From: Spirochaetales bacterium
GTDB taxonomy: Bacteria; Spirochaetota; Spirochaetia; JABEVK01
DNA: 64,000 bases
NCBI GenBank assembly: GCA_037142615.1
Contig: JBAXAI010000001.1
Span: 96,001 to 160,000 of the forward strand
Direction: 5' to 3'
Position numbers and translations under genes: made by a program. How positions within the stretch are numbered: the stretch's first letter is position 1; every line of letters starts with the position of its first letter. Below are positions 58,755 to 64,000 of the stretch, one piece after another. Under the pieces are notes generated by a model. That model did no database searches. It had not been told where the DNA came from and was given only the letters and a program-made list of their open reading frames with translations.

Positions 58755-60244
58755 AGTTTTCTCCACTTGACGCCGGAAGACGCGGCGAGTTCTTTGGCCT
58801 CTTCCGGACCGGCGCTACCGGCCTTGTACTGGGGCAGGGGTGACGGGTCATCGGCCCAGCCCTGAAGGATTCGGGTGATGAAAGTCCAGCTGGCCTCAAT
58901 TTCATCACGTCGGGTATAGAGCGTGGAGTCACCGACCAGACAGTCGAGGATAAGTCGCTCGTACGCCTCGGGAGTGGATTCGCCAAAGGTATTGCCGTAA
59001 GCGAAGTCCATGTTCACTGGGCGAACTTGCGTCAGGTAGCCGGGAATCTTTGCGTTGATGCTGAAGGTCACTCCTTCGTCGGGCTGGATGTGGATGACCA
59101 ACTGATTGCTTCCACCGTCGGTGGCCTGATTCTTGAAGATCTGCAACGGGGGTTGCTTGAACGTGACCGCGACTTCGCTCATTCGGCGGGTCATGCTCTT
59201 GCCCACGCGGATAAACACCGGGACACCTTCCCAGCGCCAGGTATCCAGGAACAACTTGAGCGCGACGAACGTCTCGGTCTGCGATTTTGGAGAAACCCCG
59301 TCTTCCTGGAGGTAACCCTTGACCGCCTTTCCTTGGGTTATGCCTGGGGCGTACTGGCCTCGTACGGTGAAGTCCCGAACATTTTTGTGGGTAATGGGCC
59401 GCAGGCTCTTGAGCACCTTGACCTTCTCGGTCCGAATGGTGTCGGGGCTCAGGTCATTGGGCGGCTCCATGAGCAGCAGGGTCATGATTTGAAAGATGTG
59501 GTTCTGCACCATGTCTCGCAACGTACCGGATTTTTCGTAGTAGTTGCCACGCGTGCCCACACCAATAGATTCGGAAACCGTGATCTGGATGTTCTCAATG
59601 TAGCGGTTGTTCCAAAGCGGCTCGAAAATGCCGTTGGCGAAGCGCAACACGAGAATGTTTTGCACCGTTTCCTTTCCGATGTAGTGGTCGATTCGGTAAA
59701 TCTGGTTTTCTTCCAACTGACTCGAAAGGATATCGTTGAGCTCGCGCGCCGTGGCCAGATCGCGACCAAACGGTTTTTCGACAATGACTCGGCTATAGCC
59801 GCCGGGTGACTTGTTGAGACCGGCGGCCCCTAGGTTGCGTACGATGTTCTCGTAGTCATCCGGAGGGGTCGACAGGTAGTAGACCTTGTTGTCCCAAACG
59901 TTGACAACCTTGGCCAGACGCGAATAGCCGTCGGCATCGTCGAAGTTCGAACTCACAAAGTCGAGCTTGTCGAGAAAAGCGCGCTTCTGGGCCTCGGGGA
60001 CATGGGCATAGTGGCCGATGGCCAGCATGCTCGCGGCTTCGGTCTGGAAGGTTTCTTTGGTCCACGGTCGCCGTGCAAAGCCTACCACCTGAAACTGGGA
60101 AATATTGCCCTTAAGGAACAACGAAAACAGCGCGGGGATGAGCTTTTTGCGGGTCAAATCACCGGTCGCACCGAAAATCGTGATAACGAAGGGAGAGGGT
60201 TCTTTGGCGAACTGCAGGCCGTCCAGCAATGGGTTGGAAAACAT
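58751..60244 (-). CDS. zwf: glucose-6-phosphate 1-dehydrogenase
   Basis: IFGATGDL, EKPFGRD, RIDHYIGKE, RDMVQNH, EAYERL. Confidence 0.97.
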   Translation of the reverse strand: MFSNPLLDGLQFAKEPSPFVITIFGATGDLTRKKLIPALFSLFLKGNISQFQVVGFARRPWTKETFQTEAASMLAIGHYAHVPEAQKRAFLDKLDFVSSNFDDADGYSRLAKVVNVWDNKVYYLSTPPDDYENIVRNLGAAGLNKSPGGYSRVIVEKPFGRDLATARELNDILSSQLEENQIYRIDHYIGKETVQNILVLRFANGIFEPLWNNRYIENIQITVSESIGVGTRGNYYEKSGTLRDMVQNHIFQIMTLLLMEPPNDLSPDTIRTEKVKVLKSLRPITHKNVRDFTVRGQYAPGITQGKAVKGYLQEDGVSPKSQTETFVALKLFLDTWRWEGVPVFIRVGKSMTRRMSEVAVTFKQPPLQIFKNQATDGGSNQLVIHIQPDEGVTFSINAKIPGYLTQVRPVNMDFAYGNTFGESTPEAYERLILDCLVGDSTLYTRRDEIEASWTFITRILQGWADDPSPLPQYKAGSAGPEEAKELAASSGVKWRKL

Positions 60245-60306
60245 ACCTCCAATTTAAGGGCAAGGCCGGGCTTTTACAAGCAAAAAAAAAACCGTAGAAT
60301 GGGCCC
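60245..60306. promoter_or_regulatory. divergent zwf/murI promoters with overlapping -35 boxes and an A10 tract
   Basis: Minus strand TTGTAA-17-TAAATT-6-ATG(60244); plus strand TTTACA-16-TAGAAT-6-ATG(60307). Confidence 0.6.
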
Positions 60307-61134
60307 ATGGATCGTCGTCCCGTAGCGGTTATTGACTCTGGAATCGGTGGCCTGCCGTATCTTGACTGGTTGCAGGAACACCTTCCCCTGGAGCGCTTTG
60401 TTTATGTCGCTGACCGACGCAATTTCCCCTACGGAGAGAAAACGCCCCAAAGGGTCCGTGAGGCCGTCGCTCAGCTTTCGCGCGACCTGTTGGAACATTA
60501 CCAGCCCAAGCTCATGGTGGTGGCCTGCAACACCGCCTCGGTTCTGGCACTCGATCATCTTCGCTCTGTGTTTCCCGGCCCAGTGGTAGGGGTGGTGCCG
60601 GCCGTGAAGACCGCGGCAGGGCGAACTCGCAACGGGCGTATCGGCGTGCTGGCTACCCAGCGGACCATCGAAGGCGGCTATCTGGAACGGTTGGTCGCGG
60701 AGTTCTGCCCAGGTCGCCAGGTTTCCTGCTGGGCCGCCGGTGACATCGTGACGCTGGTCGAAGATGACCCGCTCAAGCCCGATCCCGAGGCGCGCGAGCG
60801 CATTCTGAGTCATTGGGCCTCGGTGGTGCGTGAGTTCGGTGCCGACACGTTGGTCCTCGGCTGCACCCACTTTTTGCATGTGACCCGGGAACTCCAAGTC
60901 CACTTGGGTCCCGAGGTGGTTCTGCTCGACAGCCGTGAAGGCGTGGGCCGCCGCGTAGAAACTCTGCTCGATCAAGGTGGCTTGCAGAGCGTGGCCCGAA
61001 GTGCCCGATCGGTGTTGCACTTTACCGCAGACCCGGCGTGGCCTGAGGCTGAACTTGCCGCGCACGAGGGCAAGTACCGGCACTTCGCGGCCCAATTCGG
61101 TCTGGAATACGGCGGACCCTGGAGTCGCGCTTGA
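60307..61134 (+). CDS. murI: glutamate racemase
   Basis: DSGIGG, PYGEK, VACNTAS, VLGCTHF. Confidence 0.95.
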   Translation: MDRRPVAVIDSGIGGLPYLDWLQEHLPLERFVYVADRRNFPYGEKTPQRVREAVAQLSRDLLEHYQPKLMVVACNTASVLALDHLRSVFPGPVVGVVPAVKTAAGRTRNGRIGVLATQRTIEGGYLERLVAEFCPGRQVSCWAAGDIVTLVEDDPLKPDPEARERILSHWASVVREFGADTLVLGCTHFLHVTRELQVHLGPEVVLLDSREGVGRRVETLLDQGGLQSVARSARSVLHFTADPAWPEAELAAHEGKYRHFAAQFGLEYGGPWSRA

Positions 61135-62078
61135 CCGGCACGATCCATTGGGGCATCAACAACATCTTCGCGGTCCGGGGCAATGACGACGGGGTGGGTC
61201 AGGACCTTTGGGAGTGCCGGTTGAAGGGTAAAGTCCTCAAGGACGCCGAAGACGAGTACAACCCCCTTTCTCCGGGTGACCGTGTGGACTTTGAACCCGA
61301 CCCCGACCACGCCGGCAAGGGCATGATCAGCGCCCGCCAGCCTCGCACCAACGCCTATTCGCGATGGAACAAAAAACGCAACTGCCCCCAAACGCTGGCC
61401 GCCAACCTCGACCTGCTGGTGCTGGTCACCTCGCCGGTGTCTCCCCCGTTTCGTCCGCGGTTTCTCGACCGTGCTCTCCTGATGGCCGGGCGCGAGGACC
61501 TCGAGGTTCTCATCGTGGTGAATAAATGCGACCAGGGAGTCCCGGACGACGTGGAAGACCGCCTGGCCGAGTACCAGGACCTCGGCTTTGACGTACATTT
61601 GTGTTCGTCCCAGACCGGGGAAGGCATCACGGAACTCCAGGAACATCTGAAGGGGCTCACCAGCGCGCTCGTCGGCCAGTCCGGGGTAGGTAAGTCGAGC
61701 CTTCTCAATGTTCTCCATGTGGGTTCCCGGCAAAAAGTCGGTGAACTTTCGGCCAAGCACAACCGGGGCAATCACACGACCAACTTCAGTCTCTACTACC
61801 CGTGGGATGTGGGCAGCCCGGCAGCCGGGGGACTCATCGACACTCCGGGCGTGAGAGAACTCGAAGTCTTCGGCATCGAAGCGGCGCAGTTGGCGTTTGC
61901 CTGGCCTGAGTTTGCGCCGTTCTTGGGCCAATGTGGCTTCAATCTGTGTTCGCACACCAAAGAACCCGGCTGCGCGGTGCTCAAGGCCCTCGAAAGTGGC
62001 GATATTCATCCCGACCGTTGGGACAACTACCAGAAACTGTACTTAGAGTTGCAGGAAGCCGAGCGCCGATGGACCTGA
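61131..62078 (+). CDS. rsgA: ribosome small subunit-dependent GTPase A
   Basis: NKCD, GQSGVGKSSL, GNHTT, DTPG, CGFNLCSHTKEPGC. Confidence 0.95.
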   Translation: MTGTIHWGINNIFAVRGNDDGVGQDLWECRLKGKVLKDAEDEYNPLSPGDRVDFEPDPDHAGKGMISARQPRTNAYSRWNKKRNCPQTLAANLDLLVLVTSPVSPPFRPRFLDRALLMAGREDLEVLIVVNKCDQGVPDDVEDRLAEYQDLGFDVHLCSSQTGEGITELQEHLKGLTSALVGQSGVGKSSLLNVLHVGSRQKVGELSAKHNRGNHTTNFSLYYPWDVGSPAAGGLIDTPGVRELEVFGIEAAQLAFAWPEFAPFLGQCGFNLCSHTKEPGCAVLKALESGDIHPDRWDNYQKLYLELQEAERRWT

Positions 62079-64000
62079 CCACTTTCGAGACCCTCGAGTT
62101 TCCACGGATCCTTGCCCAGGTGGCCGACTGCTGCATGACCGCCGAAGCCGCCCGCGAGCTGCCGCTGCAGCCTGTGCTGACAAACCGACAGGAGCTTCAG
62201 TCGCTTCAGGCCGAGGTGAAGCCGCTGCTGACCCTTTTGATCCGGGTCGCCGAACTCCCGGCGGCCGATTTTCCCGAAGTGGAAGGAGCCCTCGAGCGTT
62301 GCGGGCCGGAGGGAAGCGTGCTCGACGGTCAACAGCTGAAAGCAATCGCCCGCTACCTCAGCTCTGCCTCGGTGTGGAAACGTTTTTTGGCGGCCCGGGA
62401 AGAAGAATCACTCAAGGTCTGGGCGCTGCGTTTGGGCGACCATAGCGCCGTGGCCCAAGCTGTCCACCAGGTTCTCGATGCTACCGGTCAAGTGATGGAG
62501 GAGGCCGTGCCGGCTCTGATGCACCTCCGGGGTGAAATCCAGCGTACACGAATGGACATCGACACCACCGCGCGGGGTTTCTTGAAAGACGTCGGCACCC
62601 ACGACCTGTGGCAGGATTCTCCCCCAATTCAGCGGGATGGCCGGACAGTTCTTTCACTCAAGAGCAACTTCAAGGGGCGGATCGCCGCCGTCGTTCACGA
62701 GGCCTCGGCTTCGGGGGCGACGCTGTTTGTGGAGCCCTATGAGCTGGTCGAAAAGAACAACCGTCTGGCCGAAAACCATTCCGCTTGGAAGGCCGAGCTC
62801 GCACGGCTGTTTCGTGAACTGACGGCCCAGATTCGAGAGCACCGCGAGGCAATCCTCACCACCGTGGCTAACTTGACCTGGCTCGACAGCCGCTTGGCCC
62901 GTGCCCGTTGGGGGCTGCGTTTCCGTTGTGAGTTTCCTTCGCTGGCCGTGGCCGGGGAAGGTTGGCAACTCCTCCAGGCCCGGCACCCTTTACTGGGAAA
63001 CTCGGCTGTGCCTGTCGATCTGGTGATGCCACCCCATACCTCGATCCTCTTGCTTTCGGGGCCCAATACTGGCGGCAAGACGGTCAGCCTCAAGACGGTG
63101 GGCCTGCTGAGCCTTCTCCATCAGTTCGGACTTCCGGTTCCCGCTGCGGCCGAAAGCCGGTTGCCACTTTGGGACGCGGTGTTCACCGACGTGGGTGACC
63201 ATCAGTCGCTCGACCAAGCTCTTTCGACGTTCTCGAGCCACATGGACCGCATGGCTCAGGTATTTCGCGGTACTTCGGCCCAATCGCTTGTCCTGCTCGA
63301 CGAGATGGCCAGCGGCACCGATCCCCAGGAAGGTGGGGCCCTTGGGATGAGCTTCCTGGAGCACTTTCTGGGAACCGGAGCAACAGTGCTCGGGACTACC
63401 CACCACGGTGCGCTCAAGAACTTTGCCTTCACTCGCGCTGGGGTCAAGAATGCTTCGGTCGAGTTTGACGCCGCCTCGGGCAAGCCCACCTACCGGATCG
63501 TTCCCGATGTGCCGGGCACTTCGTACGCGCTCGAGACGGCTCAGCGGGTGGGGATTCCTCAGGCTCTGGTTGACCGGGCCCGGCAGATCCTCGAAGGCGG
63601 TGAAACCGACGTGGCGAAGGTGATCACCACGCTCCGCGACAAGCAGCGGGAACTGGCGGAAAGGGAAAAAGAGCTGGCCCTGCGCGAAGCGGGGTTTCAA
63701 GACACCCGACGCAAAACCGACCTGCTGGCGCTGCGCCTCAAACAACGGGAGAACGAGCTCAAGGAGTCTGGCCTCGGTGAGGTGAACCGCTTCCTTTCCG
63801 ACAGTCGAAAGGCCTTCGAGAAGTTCGTCAAGGACATTCGCGAGGGCGAAAGCTTGACGACCGAGAAGATCAAGCAGGTGCGGGGCTTTTTGGCCGAAAC
63901 CGCCGAAACGCTGGCCGCGCAAAAGCAGCAGCTCGAGCAGGAGCGAGTCGACTCTCCTGCCGAAAGACCAGATCCTACTACAATCGATCCCACGCCCGCT
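62069..64000 (+). CDS. mutS2: endonuclease MutS2, 3' end cut off by window edge (missing from the ORF track because no stop is reached)
   Basis: Manual translation from ATG 62069: MDLTTFETLEF..., HEASASGATLFVEP, SGPNTGGKT, QSLDQALSTFSSH, LLDEMASGTDP, TTH. Confidence 0.93.
   Translation, partial: MDLTTFETLEFPRILAQVADCCMTAEAARELPLQPVLTNRQELQSLQAEVKPLLTLLIRVAELPAADFPEVEGALERCGPEGSVLDGQQLKAIARYLSSASVWKRFLAAREEESLKVWALRLGDHSAVAQAVHQVLDATGQVMEEAVPALMHLRGEIQRTRMDIDTTARGFLKDVGTHDLWQDSPPIQRDGRTVLSLKSNFKGRIAAVVHEASASGATLFVEPYELVEKNNRLAENHSAWKAELARLFRELTAQIREHREAILTTVANLTWLDSRLARARWGLRFRCEFPSLAVAGEGWQLLQARHPLLGNSAVPVDLVMPPHTSILLLSGPNTGGKTVSLKTVGLLSLLHQFGLPVPAAAESRLPLWDAVFTDVGDHQSLDQALSTFSSHMDRMAQVFRGTSAQSLVLLDEMASGTDPQEGGALGMSFLEHFLGTGATVLGTTHHGALKNFAFTRAGVKNASVEFDAASGKPTYRIVPDVPGTSYALETAQRVGIPQALVDRARQILEGGETDVAKVITTLRDKQRELAEREKELALREAGFQDTRRKTDLLALRLKQRENELKESGLGEVNRFLSDSRKAFEKFVKDIREGESLTTEKIKQVRGFLAETAETLAAQKQQLEQERVDSPAERPDPTTIDPTPA

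Overview
A gene-dense, roughly 60% GC bacterial chromosome segment, most likely from a free-living spirochaete. This is inferred from the gene orders rplU-prp-rpmA-obg-nadD-LCP-rsfS and tRNA-Gln-rplY-pth-tilS-ftsH, from FapA- and LIC_12708-like genes and from a divergent stand-alone EF-G. Most genes are housekeeping (leuA, rimO, prs, argS, gltBD, lepA, fusA-like, secA, nnr, gpmA, pgi, zwf-opcA, murI, rsgA, partial mutS2), and there is one tRNA-Gln. I saw no mobile element, CRISPR array or rRNA. The best candidate for an undescribed system is a divergent four-gene locus: a CHASE2 adenylate cyclase facing an SLH-like exported protein, a beta-barrel and a FecR-domain protein, which may form a trans-envelope cAMP signalling chain. 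Other notable signals are a 75-aa, 61% Asp/Glu microprotein with its own consensus promoter, a recurring leaderless-promoter architecture, a Cys-cluster gene with no canonical start that lies in frame behind the gpmA stop codon, and a Prp protease whose neighbouring L27 lacks the cleavable extension. All product calls come from motif recognition by eye; no searches were run.
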